From the NCBI GenBank assembly GCA_022487055.1, contig JAKVJJ010000006.1, positions 3,688-67,687 of the forward strand: a stretch of DNA of 64,000 nt, given 5' to 3'. A program made the position numbers and the translations under genes. This DNA comes from Oscillospiraceae bacterium. GTDB taxonomy: Bacteria; Bacillota; Clostridia; Oscillospirales; Acutalibacteraceae. Every line of letters starts with the position of its first letter. Positions within the stretch are counted from its first letter, which is position 1. Positions 19,400 to 30,335 of the stretch are shown one piece after another. Under the pieces are notes generated by a model. It saw only the letters and a program-made list of their open reading frames with translations, was not told the DNA's origin and did no database searches.

Positions 19400-19520
19400 C
19401 CTGTTAAAAATCATTCAACATTTTCAACCGAGTTTTCCACTGAAATAGGGTGTATTCATGCGGATTTTTCACTTCTGCGAGAAGTTTTCACCCGTTTCAA
19501 CTTCTCAAATGTGGAAAACT
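19400..19520. promoter_or_regulatory. Cluster of DnaA-box-like motifs
   Basis: ATTCAACA, TTTTCAAC, TTTTCCAC, TTTTTCAC, TTTTCACC and TGTGGAAAA within 120 bp. Confidence 0.45.
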
Positions 19521-19676
19521 CATATGGCCTGAAGGTTACAGGAAAGAAAGAGGGACGCACATCCTACCCGGTTCAAAGGATATTTATGCATAAACTCTCA
19601 GGAAAGCAGGCAGATATGCAAAAAAGTTCCACCGCAGAGACACACTCTGCAGCGGAACCTTGACGGTCAATGGTGG

Positions 19677-21569
19677 TTATGCCTGATGCGCAAATTGGCT
19701 GTTGTACAGGTCAGCGTAGAAGCCGCCCTTTGCCAACAGGGATGTGTGGGTGCCCTGCTCCACAATATCCCCGTGATTCATTACCAGAATCAGGTCGGCA
19801 TTGCGGATTGTGGACAGCCGGTGTGCAATGATAAAGGAAGTGCGTCCCTTCATCAGGTTGTCCATCGCTTTTTGAATCAGAATTTCAGTTCGGGTATCAA
19901 CACTGGAGGTCGCTTCATCAAGAATCAGAATCTGCGGGTCTGCCAACACCGCGCGTGCAATCGTCAGCAGCTGTTTCTGTCCCTGACTCACATTGTTTGC
20001 TTCCTCATTTAGCACCATGTCATAGCCGCCGGGCAGAGTGCGGATGAAGTGGTCTGCTTGTGCGTTCTTTGCCGCAAGCAGGACCTGCTCATCCGTTGCT
20101 TCATGGTTGCCATAACGGATATTTTCACGAATGGAAGCATTGTAAAGCCATGTGTCCTGCAGTACCATGCCAAAAAGCCTGCGCAGATCGGTTCGCTTGA
20201 AGTTGCGGATGTCATAGCCGTCCACCAGAATCGCGCCGTTATTGACATCATAGAAACGCATCAGCAGTTTCACCATAGTGGTTTTTCCGGCACCGGTCGG
20301 GCCGACGATAGCGACCTTTTGTCCCGGTTCAATGATTGCAGAAAAATCGTGAATGATGGTTTTATCCGGCGTGTAACCGAAATGTACATGGGCAAACTGC
20401 ACACTGCCGTTCACATGGATATTCAGCTCTGTGTCTGGCTTGTCGGTGGTGTTCAGAGTAATGGCATTCTTGTCGTCTTTCGCTTCCTCCGGTTCTTCCA
20501 GAAATTCAAAGACCCGCTCAGCGGCGGCGGCAGTAGCCTGCAGAATATTCGAGATATTCGCCACCTGCTGGATAGGCTGTGTGAACTGGCGGACGTACTG
20601 AGTGAATGCCTGAATGTCGCCGACGGTAATGACACCCTGCACAGCAAGCCAGCCGCCGAGGATGCAGATGACCACAAAGCCGATGTTGCCGATGAAGATC
20701 ATAACCGGCTGCATCAGGCCAGAGAGAAACTGACTTTTCCATGCGGAGTGATAAAGATTGTCGTTATATTTGGAGAAAGTTTTTTCATTGCGTCCTTCGC
20801 CGTTAAAGGCACGCACAATGACGTGACTGCTGTACATTTCCTCAATGTGACCGTTCACATGGCCAAGATAGTCTTGCTGCTGCTTGAAGTATTTCTGAGA
20901 ATGTTTCACTACCAGCAGGATGACCAGAGCGGAAAGCGGCACAATGCACAGTGCCACCAGGGACATCTTCCAGTTGATGGAGAACATCATAATTAGGATG
21001 CCGATAATCTGGGTGATACTAGTGATAATTTGTGTCAGAGACTGATTCAGACTTTGCGAAATGGTATCCACATCATTTGTCAGGCGGGAGAGAACTTCGC
21101 CGTTTGTGGTGGTGTCATAGTAGCCAAACGGGAGGTACTGAATTTTTTTAGCAATATTTTGGCGTAGATGATAGGTCACATCCATCGTGATACCGGTCAT
21201 AATCCAGCCCTGCAGATAGGAGAAGGCAGAACTGATTAAATAAATGACCAACAGAAACACCAGAATCTGTCCCACACGCACAAAGTTGACACCGTTTCCG
21301 GTTCCGGCCACTTTGTTCATCAGTCCGGTAAAAATCTCAGTTGTCGCATTGCCGAGAATTTTTGGGCCGACAATCATAAAGACGGTGGAAGCTACAGCAA
21401 ACAGTAGGACAAAGAAAATGCCGATTTTATAGTCGCCAAGGTACTTCAGAAGCTTACGAAGTGTGCCAGGCAGGTCTTTGGATTTTTCTCCTGGCATCAT
21501 CGCCATGGGGCCGTGTCCTACCGGACCATGTTGCGGTGGACGTTTGGAGGCATTATTTGGCTGATTCAT
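19677..21569 (-). CDS. ABC multidrug exporter subunit
   Basis: GPTGAGKT, VSQGQ, DEATS. Confidence 0.93.
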   Translation of the reverse strand: MNQPNNASKRPPQHGPVGHGPMAMMPGEKSKDLPGTLRKLLKYLGDYKIGIFFVLLFAVASTVFMIVGPKILGNATTEIFTGLMNKVAGTGNGVNFVRVGQILVFLLVIYLISSAFSYLQGWIMTGITMDVTYHLRQNIAKKIQYLPFGYYDTTTNGEVLSRLTNDVDTISQSLNQSLTQIITSITQIIGILIMMFSINWKMSLVALCIVPLSALVILLVVKHSQKYFKQQQDYLGHVNGHIEEMYSSHVIVRAFNGEGRNEKTFSKYNDNLYHSAWKSQFLSGLMQPVMIFIGNIGFVVICILGGWLAVQGVITVGDIQAFTQYVRQFTQPIQQVANISNILQATAAAAERVFEFLEEPEEAKDDKNAITLNTTDKPDTELNIHVNGSVQFAHVHFGYTPDKTIIHDFSAIIEPGQKVAIVGPTGAGKTTMVKLLMRFYDVNNGAILVDGYDIRNFKRTDLRRLFGMVLQDTWLYNASIRENIRYGNHEATDEQVLLAAKNAQADHFIRTLPGGYDMVLNEEANNVSQGQKQLLTIARAVLADPQILILDEATSSVDTRTEILIQKAMDNLMKGRTSFIIAHRLSTIRNADLILVMNHGDIVEQGTHTSLLAKGGFYADLYNSQFAHQA

Positions 21570-23776
21570 GCTAATTCCTCCTTCGTCAGCTGACTAGACG
21601 CGATTTCATAGTAAGTCTTGCAGCTTTTCAGCAGTTCCTGATGTGTGCCGCGGCCTACAATTTTTCCTTCATCCAGTACAATAATCTGGTCTGCATCCAG
21701 AATTGTGGAAATGCGCTGTGCCACCAGCAGGATGGTTGCGCTGCTGATGTGCTGTTTCAGAGCCGCGCGCAGAGTTGAATCGGTTTTGAAGTCCAGTGCG
21801 GAGAAACTGTCATCAAAGATATAAATTTCCGCGTTGGTAGCCAGTGCACGCGCAATGGAGAGCCGCTGTTTCTGGCCGCCGGAAACATTGCCGCCGCCCT
21901 GTGCAATCGGTGTGTCCATGCCATCCGGGTTGCTGTCAATAAATTCGGCTGCCTGCGCGATTTCTGCCGCCGTGCGGATTTCCTCATCTGTTGCGTTTGC
22001 TTTACCGTAGCGCAGGTTAGAATCAATCGTGCCGGAGAGCAGGATACCTTGCTGCGGAACATAACCGACACGCTCGTGAAGGGCTGCCTGTGAAACATTC
22101 CGGACGTCCTGCCCATCCACGCAGACACTGCCGGAGGTGGCGTCATAGAAGCGCGGCACCATGTTGACCAGTGTGCTTTTTCCGGAACCGGTGGAGCCGA
22201 TGAAAGCAGTGGTTTTGCCCGGTTCCGCGGTGAAGGAAATATCGTGCAGCACATCTTCCTCCGCACCATGGTAGCGGAAAGAAACATTTTTAAATTCGAC
22301 CAAGCCTTTTTTGACGGAATCAAAGGCTTTCGGTTCTGTCGGCTCCTTAATGGAAGTTTCTGTTTCCAGCACATCGGCGATTCGGCCGGCGGAAACAGAT
22401 GCGCGCGGCACAAAAATGAATACCATGGAGATAAAGAGAAAGCTCATAATAATTTGCATGGCATACTGCATATAGGCCATCATGTCACCGACCTGCATCC
22501 GGCTGTCTGCCACCTGATGAGCGCCGACCCAAACAATGAGCAGGGAAATGCCATTCATAATCAACATCATGGCAGGCATCATTATGGTCATCAGCCGGTT
22601 AACAAAGCGCTGATTGTCTGTCAAGTCCGTATTGGCTTTGTCAAAGCGCTTTTCTTCAAAGCTCTGGTTGCTGAAAGCACGTGTTACCATCAGCCCAGTC
22701 AGATTTTCACGCGCAACCAGATTCAACCGGTCAATCAGGCTTTGCATTTTTTTGAAGCGCGGCATGGCAATGGCAAAAACAATGCCGACCAGTCCGATTA
22801 GGACAATGACTGCCAGCACGATAATCCAAGTCATGGAAACGCTCTTTCGCACAGCCATGGTGATGCCGCCGATAGCCATAATCGGTGCATAAGCAAGCAT
22901 CCGAATGCCCATCATCATAACCATCTGCACTTGTGTGATGTCATTGGTTGTGCGGGTAATCAGAGAGGCTGTGCTGAATTTATCGAACTCTGCATTCGAG
23001 AAGCTGTTGACCTGATGGAACACATCACGCCGCAGGTCACGGCCAATGCCGGAAGAAGCACGGGAAGCAAGCAGCCCGACAAAGACAGACGCAATGGCAC
23101 TGCCCAGTGTGAGTGCCAGCATTTTCAGTCCTTCCATAACGATATACCGCTGCTCCATGGCGCCAGTGTCCATGCCAAGTTCCTGATAGAAGGACTTGAC
23201 CAGCACGGTGCCGCTTTGCAGCTTTATGGAATCCTGCACACCGGCGGCTTTTTTGCGGGCATCCTCAAAGACCTGCTGCGGAATTTTTTCCAGCATGGGC
23301 TGCATTTGATAGAGTTTGGAAAAATCCATCTCGGTCAAGTTTGTCTTGCCGCTGGAAAAAGCCTGCTTGCCCGTTTTGCCCTGCAGGGATTCCATTGTAT
23401 TGATAAACGTCCATGTGCTTTCACCAAACGTCTGGCTCAGGACACTGCGGTCAGCGTCTGTTTTCAGTGTATAGATGTTTTCTGATTTATTCAGCGGATA
23501 AGCGGACGTATCGCTGCCGGTTTTCACCAGCTGATAACTTTTGTCAATCTGATCCGCCTGTTCCTTGGACATAAATTTTTTAAAAAACTGCAGTCCCTTG
23601 GCGCTGACGGCATCCGGAGCGGCATCTGTAATGCCGCTCTGCTGGATGCCGATGTTGACAATGTTGCTCATGTAGTTCGGCAGGGACAAATCACACAGTG
23701 CCTGAAAGAACAGCAACACGATTGCCAGCAGTATCGGCCCAATATACGCTTTGAAATAACGGGAAATTCTGCTCAT
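21566..23776 (-). CDS. ABC multidrug exporter subunit with large extracellular loop
   Basis: GSTGSGKS, VSGGQ, DDSFS. Confidence 0.93.
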   Translation of the reverse strand: MSRISRYFKAYIGPILLAIVLLFFQALCDLSLPNYMSNIVNIGIQQSGITDAAPDAVSAKGLQFFKKFMSKEQADQIDKSYQLVKTGSDTSAYPLNKSENIYTLKTDADRSVLSQTFGESTWTFINTMESLQGKTGKQAFSSGKTNLTEMDFSKLYQMQPMLEKIPQQVFEDARKKAAGVQDSIKLQSGTVLVKSFYQELGMDTGAMEQRYIVMEGLKMLALTLGSAIASVFVGLLASRASSGIGRDLRRDVFHQVNSFSNAEFDKFSTASLITRTTNDITQVQMVMMMGIRMLAYAPIMAIGGITMAVRKSVSMTWIIVLAVIVLIGLVGIVFAIAMPRFKKMQSLIDRLNLVARENLTGLMVTRAFSNQSFEEKRFDKANTDLTDNQRFVNRLMTIMMPAMMLIMNGISLLIVWVGAHQVADSRMQVGDMMAYMQYAMQIIMSFLFISMVFIFVPRASVSAGRIADVLETETSIKEPTEPKAFDSVKKGLVEFKNVSFRYHGAEEDVLHDISFTAEPGKTTAFIGSTGSGKSTLVNMVPRFYDATSGSVCVDGQDVRNVSQAALHERVGYVPQQGILLSGTIDSNLRYGKANATDEEIRTAAEIAQAAEFIDSNPDGMDTPIAQGGGNVSGGQKQRLSIARALATNAEIYIFDDSFSALDFKTDSTLRAALKQHISSATILLVAQRISTILDADQIIVLDEGKIVGRGTHQELLKSCKTYYEIASSQLTKEELA

Positions 23777-23822
23777 ATGTTTTCCTTCCTTTTATATAAA
23801 GATAAAAATGGGGCTTGATCGG

Positions 23823-24257
23823 TTACTGCAGCACATCGCTGAGGGTGTTTGCCAGCTCATTGAGCAGGTCGATGAGCTGCTCTGCTTTTTCGTGTCCCAT
23901 GCGCCGCAGCACTTCCTCCGTGTAGGACTTGATTCTGGCAGTCATGGCACCGTACAGTTCGCGTCCGTTTTCTGTGGCACGCACATAGACGGCGCGGCGG
24001 TCTTCATGGCAGGTGGTGCGCTCCGTCAGTCCCTTAGCTTCCAAGGAACGCAGCAGATGGCTGATACTGGAGCGGCTCAGGTGCGTATGTGTACTCAGAT
24101 TGCTGGCACGCACACCTTGTCCCCCTTGCATGCGGTAAACGTGATTAAAAACCATGAATTCACTGGGAGATAGGTTGCTCATGTGGTGCAGACGGGCGGA
24201 ATTTTTCTGCAGTCGGCAGACTGCTGCGAAAAGCCGCTGGCTGTCATCTTCTGGCAT
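23823..24257 (-). CDS. MarR-family regulator
   Basis: wHTH with EDRRAVYVRATENG. Confidence 0.88.
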   Translation of the reverse strand: MPEDDSQRLFAAVCRLQKNSARLHHMSNLSPSEFMVFNHVYRMQGGQGVRASNLSTHTHLSRSSISHLLRSLEAKGLTERTTCHEDRRAVYVRATENGRELYGAMTARIKSYTEEVLRRMGHEKAEQLIDLLNELANTLSDVLQ

Positions 24258-24285
24258 AATGGTTTCGCTCCTTTCATTAGGACTA

Positions 24286-24318
24286 ATTTCATACAGTCAA
24301 TCGTTGACTATATGAAAT
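24286..24318. promoter_or_regulatory. Palindromic operator, probably MarR
   Basis: ATTTCATA-C-AGTCAA-TCG-TTGACT-A-TATGAAAT just upstream of marR. Confidence 0.7.
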
Positions 24319-24487
24319 AGTTTATTATTGACAACTATTTATGATTATAAACATTAATGAAAAAAAAGCAACCTTTTTTTGCAATTACTGCGGAAAAAGA
24401 CTTGACAGAGAGGAAAAGCCAGTGTATTATTGTATTACGTTATTAATACATGAGTACAATGACACAGAAGGTAAAGGGAGAGAAAAT

Positions 24488-25411
24488 ATGGAAGAAGCAG
24501 TTATTCAAACGCATGGCATTACGAAAATGTACAAACGGTTTGCCGCCGTTTCCGACTTGAGCATTCAGGTGAACCGCGGCGATATTTATGCGCTGGTTGG
24601 GCAGAACGGCGCCGGAAAAACGACACTGCTCAAAATGGTGTGTGGCCTGACTCCGCCAACTTCTGGCAAGCTGGCGCTGCTTGGAAAGACGGCGGCGGGC
24701 GATCTCAACCGGGCACGCCACCACATGGGTACCATGATTGAAACACCCGGATTTTATCCTTACCTGTCCGCCCGGGCTAATTTGGAATATTATCGCATTC
24801 AGCGCGGCAGCAAAGACGAACAGGCTGTGACACAGGCGCTGCAGTTTGTGGGACTTGCGGATACCGGCAACAAAAAGTTCCGCAGCTTTTCCCTTGGTAT
24901 GAAACAACGCTTGGGCCTTGCTCTGGCAGTGATGGAGCATCCGGACATTCTGGTGTTGGACGAACCCATTAACGGCCTCGACCCAATGGGCATCAAGGAA
25001 TTCCGTGAAATCATCCTGAAACTTAATCAGGAACAACAGACCACGATTCTGATTTCCAGTCATATCCTCGGTGAGCTGTCACAAATCGCCACAACTTACG
25101 GCTTTATCAGCAAAGGAAAACTGGTGGAGCATATTTCGGCAAAAGCGCTGAAAGAGAAATGCCGGAACTATTTGCTGATGGAAGTGGACGATGCAGCAAC
25201 AGCCGCACAGATACTGCAGGAACAGTGCGGGCTAACACAGATAGAGACTGCGGACCAGCACACGCTGCACATCAGTGAGCGGATGGATGAGTCCAAGCAG
25301 TTTGTCAAGTCGCTGGTTGAAAATAACGTCATGGTTTCACAGGTTTACCGTTCCGGCATCAATTTGGAAGACTACTTTGTCAGCCTGATAGGAGGAAATG
25401 AGAATGCTTAA
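24488..25411 (+). CDS. ABC ATP-binding protein (BcrA/antimicrobial peptide type)
   Basis: GQNGAGKT, FSLGMKQR, DEPINGLDP. Confidence 0.92.
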   Translation: MEEAVIQTHGITKMYKRFAAVSDLSIQVNRGDIYALVGQNGAGKTTLLKMVCGLTPPTSGKLALLGKTAAGDLNRARHHMGTMIETPGFYPYLSARANLEYYRIQRGSKDEQAVTQALQFVGLADTGNKKFRSFSLGMKQRLGLALAVMEHPDILVLDEPINGLDPMGIKEFREIILKLNQEQQTTILISSHILGELSQIATTYGFISKGKLVEHISAKALKEKCRNYLLMEVDDAATAAQILQEQCGLTQIETADQHTLHISERMDESKQFVKSLVENNVMVSQVYRSGINLEDYFVSLIGGNENA

Positions 25412-26126
25412 ACTGATTCACGCAGATTTATATAAAGTTTTTCACCGCACTTATTTTTATATTCTGACTCTGATTGTCGCGGCGCTGAGTTTGGTTATTG
25501 TCTTTGCTCTGCATGGCTCCGCACAGAGTTCCAAAGTCAGCGTAGCATTCCAATTTGCTTTCCAGTATGTTTCCTTGGCGGTTATGATTTTGCCGTGCCT
25601 GACGGATATTGTCCTGAATGAGGATTTTCGTGAGCACACGATGAAAAACACATTGTCTTACGGCACCGGTCGCTTGGCGCTTTATGCTTCCAAAATGGTG
25701 GCTTCCATCATTCTTGGCGTGCTGATGATGGCAGTGGTGCTGGCGGTCTATGTCGGCGGGTCTATGGTTGTCCTCAGCCATGATGCGGGTCTAACATCCA
25801 CATTCGTTAACGAGTTCATGATGCGCATGGGAACAGCAGGCGTTGTCTTTATTGCAAGCCTTGCTATGGCGTCATTTTTCAGCACGCTGTTTCATCACAA
25901 TTCCCTGTGGATTGTTTTCTTCTATGGCGGTTTCTTTTTTACAGACTTGCTGCTGAAGCTGTTCCGTCTGTCGGGTGCGGTTCCGTATCTGCTGAAGTCA
26001 CAGCTTACGGTTGCCAGCGGTCAGCCGGTCGATCAGCTTTTGAAGGCAGTTGTGATTTCTTTGGTAACGCTGGTGGTCTTCTTTGCTGCCGGAGCGGAAA
26101 TTTTCTGCAAAAAAGATATTTGCTGA
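25404..26126 (+). CDS. ABC-2 type permease
   Basis: Six TM segments; EDFREHTMKN; GGAGG RBS. Confidence 0.87.
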   Translation: MLKLIHADLYKVFHRTYFYILTLIVAALSLVIVFALHGSAQSSKVSVAFQFAFQYVSLAVMILPCLTDIVLNEDFREHTMKNTLSYGTGRLALYASKMVASIILGVLMMAVVLAVYVGGSMVVLSHDAGLTSTFVNEFMMRMGTAGVVFIASLAMASFFSTLFHHNSLWIVFFYGGFFFTDLLLKLFRLSGAVPYLLKSQLTVASGQPVDQLLKAVVISLVTLVVFFAAGAEIFCKKDIC

Positions 26127-26309
26127 ACATTGCGTATAAGTTTCTCTTCTTTTCATATTGATTTCCATCCAGACAGCGCCCCGGCCTGAAACACAGCAGG
26201 TCAGGGCGCTGTTCCTTTGAAAATGTCTTTTACGCCGCAGAATACTTGACGAATGGGGAATGCTGTTTTATATTAGGGAAGATGGTTATGGACACCGAGG
26301 GGATAAAAA

Positions 26310-27110
26310 TTGGAAAAACTGCTTTGCTTTGATTATGACATGACATTGCTTGACCATGCGACCGGGCAAATACCGGACAGCGCACAGAAAGCAATACGAT
26401 TTTTGCGCGGTGAATGGAAAATTGTGATTGCCACCGGGCGCGATATGCGTCAGGCGGAGAGTGCCTATGGCATAGAAACCGTCAGACCGGATGCTGTGGT
26501 GGAAATGAACGGTGCCCGTGTATGGGCCGAGGGCAGGGTGCTTTATGAGTATTTTCTGCCACAGGAACTGATGCGGAGCATTTTTCGTTTTGGCAGAGCG
26601 CACGGTTTGTGCATTAGCTGTCTGCTGGACGATGTTTATTACACCACGGAGCCGGAACCACTGAAAGAATTTATTTATACCTGCGTGCGGCAGGATGAAG
26701 TCGCTGTCCGTCCGGCGGAAGAAGCTTTTGGCAGGCAGGTGAACGCTATGGCGTTGGTTGGCTGTGAAAAGGATGCTCGTCTGCTGGAAAAGCAGTTTCC
26801 GGAGGTGAACGTCCCCCTTTTTGGCAAAAAGCGCGGTGCCGATATTATTCCGCGGTCGCTTTCCAAAACGGAAGGAATGCGGCGTGTGCTGCAGTATTAT
26901 CACAGCAGTTTTGAGCAAGTTATCTTTTTCGGGGACAGCGGCAACGATATGGAACTGATGCGGGATGCCAAACTGGGTATTGCCATGGGAAATGCTATCC
27001 CGCCGCTGAAAGAAGCGGCCGGTTATGTGACCAGTGCGGTCGGAGAGGACGGCATCTGGAATGCTCTGGGACATTTTGGCTTACTTTCCGGTATGCCTGA
27101 TTCGTTATAA
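26310..27110 (+). CDS. Cof-type HAD hydrolase
   Basis: DYDMTLL, ATGR, FGDSGND. Confidence 0.92.
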   Translation: MEKLLCFDYDMTLLDHATGQIPDSAQKAIRFLRGEWKIVIATGRDMRQAESAYGIETVRPDAVVEMNGARVWAEGRVLYEYFLPQELMRSIFRFGRAHGLCISCLLDDVYYTTEPEPLKEFIYTCVRQDEVAVRPAEEAFGRQVNAMALVGCEKDARLLEKQFPEVNVPLFGKKRGADIIPRSLSKTEGMRRVLQYYHSSFEQVIFFGDSGNDMELMRDAKLGIAMGNAIPPLKEAAGYVTSAVGEDGIWNALGHFGLLSGMPDSL

Positions 27111-27136
27111 ATTTGATTGAAAAGAGGAAAATTAGT

Positions 27137-27856
27137 ATGAAAAAGGGAAAGTATGGGTTGGATGCACCAACGGTAGTTCTTGGTTATCTGGCTCCCGGCA
27201 TGGTATTTCTGATTGGCGGCATAATTTGGAAGCAGGGCAGTTCCATTGCGTTCGGCATCCTGCTGTTGCTTATCGGTGGCTATATGGTTTACGGCAGCAA
27301 ATGCGGCAAATATAAAATGCGTGAAAAGATTTTGGGCTATCTGTCCATCCGCGGCAGCGATACGGTGCTGGATGTTGGCTGCGGGCGCGGACTGATGCTC
27401 AACGGTGCGGCGGCAAAACTCACCACTGGCAAAGCTTACGGCATTGATTTGTGGAAAGGGCAGGACCAGTCCGGAAACTGCAAAGAGGCTGTGCTGAAAA
27501 ACGCAAAGCTGGAGGGCACAGCGGACAAAATTGAGGTGCAGAGTGCGGATATGCGCAAGCTGCCGTTTCCCGATGAAACTTTCAGCGCAATTGTTTCCAG
27601 TCTGGCTATCCACAATGTCAAGCCGGAGGAGGAACGGAAGAAAGCACTGCTCGAAATTGCAAGAGTGGCCAAGAACGGCTGCAGGGTTGCCATCATGGAC
27701 ATTGGCCTTTCCCATATTGAAGAATACATTGCCGTGTTGTCGCAGAATGGTTTTATGGTGGAAAAGCTGCTCCGCAATCAGCATCAGATATTTCCGCCAG
27801 TCAGTGTTGTAATTGCCAGAAAGCAAAAAATAGCGTTACATACTTCTGAAAAGTAA
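27137..27856 (+). CDS. Class I SAM-dependent methyltransferase with N-terminal TM helices
   Basis: VLDVGCGRG; SSLAIHN. Confidence 0.88.
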   Translation: MKKGKYGLDAPTVVLGYLAPGMVFLIGGIIWKQGSSIAFGILLLLIGGYMVYGSKCGKYKMREKILGYLSIRGSDTVLDVGCGRGLMLNGAAAKLTTGKAYGIDLWKGQDQSGNCKEAVLKNAKLEGTADKIEVQSADMRKLPFPDETFSAIVSSLAIHNVKPEEERKKALLEIARVAKNGCRVAIMDIGLSHIEEYIAVLSQNGFMVEKLLRNQHQIFPPVSVVIARKQKIALHTSEK

Positions 27857-27949
27857 GCAGAAATGTGGAAAATCACACAGGTTCGGCTCTATGTACGAAA
27901 AAATAAAAAGAATTCATGCCGGTTTGTGCGGACTTTTCCTGTGCAGCCG

Positions 27950-28034
27950 TTGACTTTTGCATCCGGCAGGCATATAATGATGGCAACAAACAGTAAAGGC
28001 GCTGTGGGGGTGTGGTTCCCTATAGCGCTTTTTC
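27950..28034 (+). promoter_or_regulatory. Sigma-A promoter and ANTAR-like attenuator upstream of glutamine synthetase
   Basis: TTGACT-17-TATAAT; AGTAAAGGCGCT overlapping terminator stem GGCGCTGTGGG/CCCTATAGCGCT-TTTT. Confidence 0.6.
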
Positions 28035-28065
28035 TATATTTACATGACTGATGGAGGGAAATTGC

Positions 28066-30156
28066 ATGAGTACTGTTCCAGAAATGTTTGGCAGCCTTGT
28101 ATTCAACGAAAGTGTGATGAAGGCGCGCCTGCCGAAGGATACGTTTAAGGCACTGATGAAAACACGCAAAGAGGGCCAGCCGCTGATTGCGGATGTGGCA
28201 AACGTTGTGGCCAATGCAATGAAGGACTGGGCAGTGGAAAATGGCTGCACACACTTTACTCATTGGTTTCAGCCCATGACCGGCATTACTGCAGAAAAGC
28301 ACGACAGCTTCATTTATCCGGTCGATGGCGAACGGGTTATCATGGAGTTTTCCGGCAAAGAGCTGATTAAGGGTGAACCGGATGCCAGTTCCTTCCCGTC
28401 CGGCGGTCTGCGGGCCACTTTTGAAGCACGCGGATACACTGCATGGGACCCCACCAGTGATGCCTTCATTAAAGATGATACCCTCTGCATTCCGACAGCA
28501 TTTTGTTCCTATGGCGGCGAGGCGCTGGACAAAAAGACACCGCTGCTGCGCTCTATGAATGCCATCAGCAAACAGGCACTGCGCATTTTGCGTCTGTTTG
28601 GCGATTCAACAGCGCAGCGTGTCAATACCACCGTTGGTCCGGAGCAGGAATATTTCCTGATTGACCGCGACCTATATCTCAAGCGCCGCGATTTGGTTTA
28701 TACCGGCCGCACACTCTTTGGCGCAAAGCCGCCGAAGGGACAGGAGATGGAGGATCATTATTTCGGTGTTATCAAGCCGCGTGTCAAGGCATTTATGAAA
28801 GACCTTGACGATGAACTCTGGAAGCTTGGCATCCTCGCTAAAACAGAGCATAATGAAGTTGCTCCTTCTCAGCATGAACTGGCACCAATTTTTACTGGTG
28901 CCAACATTGCCGCCGACCACAACCAGCTTACCATGGAAATCATGAAGAAAGTGGCCGCGCGTCACGGTCTTGCCTGCCTGCTGCATGAGAAGCCGTTTGA
29001 GGGTGTGAATGGCTCCGGAAAGCATAACAACTGGTCTCTGTCCAAAGACACCGGCGCAAACCTGCTGGACCCCGGCGATTCTCCGCGTGAGAATGCACAG
29101 TTCCTGCTGTTCCTTGTTGCCATCATTGAGGCAGTGGACGAGCATCAGGATTTGCTGCGCCTTTCCGTTGCCAGCGCCGGCAATGACCACCGCCTGGGCG
29201 CCAACGAAGCACCGCCGGCGATTATTTCCATCTTCCTTGGGGATGAACTGACTGCTGTACTTGAGTCCATTGATCAGGGCAAGCACTATGCGCAGAAAGA
29301 TAAAGAAGTGCTGACCATCGGTGTGGATGAACTGCCGCCGCTGCCCAAAGACGCCACAGACCGTAACCGCACATCTCCGTTTGCTTTTACCGGCAATAAA
29401 TTTGAGTTCCGTATGCTTGGTTCCACGGTTTCCATTGCCTGCCCGAATATGATCCTCAACACGATTGTAGCGGATGTGTTGGAGAAATACGCTGACCGTC
29501 TGGAGAAAGCAAAAGACTTTACCAAGGAACTCAATACCATTATCCATGACGCTTACCATGACCACAAGCGCATCGTCTTTAATGGGGATGGCTATACAGA
29601 TGAGTGGATTGCGGAGGCAAAGAAGCGCGGCCTGCTGAACCTTCCTTCCACAGCGGAAGCAATGCCGTATTACACTCGGCCGGAGAATGTGAAGCTCTTT
29701 GAGCATCATGGGGTGTTGGCAAAGGACGAAGTTTATTCCCGCTGCGACATCCAACTTGAAAACTATGCAAAGCAGCTCCACATTGAAGCACTGACCATGG
29801 TGGATATGATTTACAAGGACATTCTGCCGGCTGCCGGAAAGTATATGAAGGATTTGTGCGAGGAAATCAAGGCAAAGCAGGAAGTATGCACCGGTGTTGG
29901 TTCCGAATATGAGAAGGACACGGTTAAGAAACTTTCTGGGTTGTGCGATTCCCTTTATCAGGAAACAAAGATGCTGGAGAAAGCAATCGGCGGAGAGGGC
30001 AAAGGCACTGTGCAGGAGCAGGCGAATTATTCCCGCCACACACTGTTTGCCCAGATGGAAAAGACCCGCAAGACTGCGGATGAGATTGAACCTCTGGTTG
30101 GCGAGAGCTACTGGCCTTATCCGACCTATGGCGATATGCTTTTCAGTGTTGTTTGA
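28066..30156 (+). CDS. glnA: Glutamine synthetase type III
   Basis: [38 protein letters not shown]. Confidence 0.96.
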   Translation: MSTVPEMFGSLVFNESVMKARLPKDTFKALMKTRKEGQPLIADVANVVANAMKDWAVENGCTHFTHWFQPMTGITAEKHDSFIYPVDGERVIMEFSGKELIKGEPDASSFPSGGLRATFEARGYTAWDPTSDAFIKDDTLCIPTAFCSYGGEALDKKTPLLRSMNAISKQALRILRLFGDSTAQRVNTTVGPEQEYFLIDRDLYLKRRDLVYTGRTLFGAKPPKGQEMEDHYFGVIKPRVKAFMKDLDDELWKLGILAKTEHNEVAPSQHELAPIFTGANIAADHNQLTMEIMKKVAARHGLACLLHEKPFEGVNGSGKHNNWSLSKDTGANLLDPGDSPRENAQFLLFLVAIIEAVDEHQDLLRLSVASAGNDHRLGANEAPPAIISIFLGDELTAVLESIDQGKHYAQKDKEVLTIGVDELPPLPKDATDRNRTSPFAFTGNKFEFRMLGSTVSIACPNMILNTIVADVLEKYADRLEKAKDFTKELNTIIHDAYHDHKRIVFNGDGYTDEWIAEAKKRGLLNLPSTAEAMPYYTRPENVKLFEHHGVLAKDEVYSRCDIQLENYAKQLHIEALTMVDMIYKDILPAAGKYMKDLCEEIKAKQEVCTGVGSEYEKDTVKKLSGLCDSLYQETKMLEKAIGGEGKGTVQEQANYSRHTLFAQMEKTRKTADEIEPLVGESYWPYPTYGDMLFSVV

Positions 30157-30335
30157 ATTCCATAAAATTATAAAATGAGTAAAAAAACAGACTGTGCGTT
30201 TTTAACGTGTAGTCTGCTTTTTTATGAATCAACTTGCGTTTGTTGAAACGTTTGCAGAATATGGTGTGGTACTTTTCCTCTGAATCGTGTATAATAGCCT
30301 CATTGAGTCTATCCACAATTTGCAAGGAGAATTTT

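Noticed and set aside
28672-30039. Long antisense ORFs (this one, also 40982-42451, 42787-44211, 48793-50019)
   Set aside because: Shadow frames of well-supported genes on the opposite strand; no motifs or RBS
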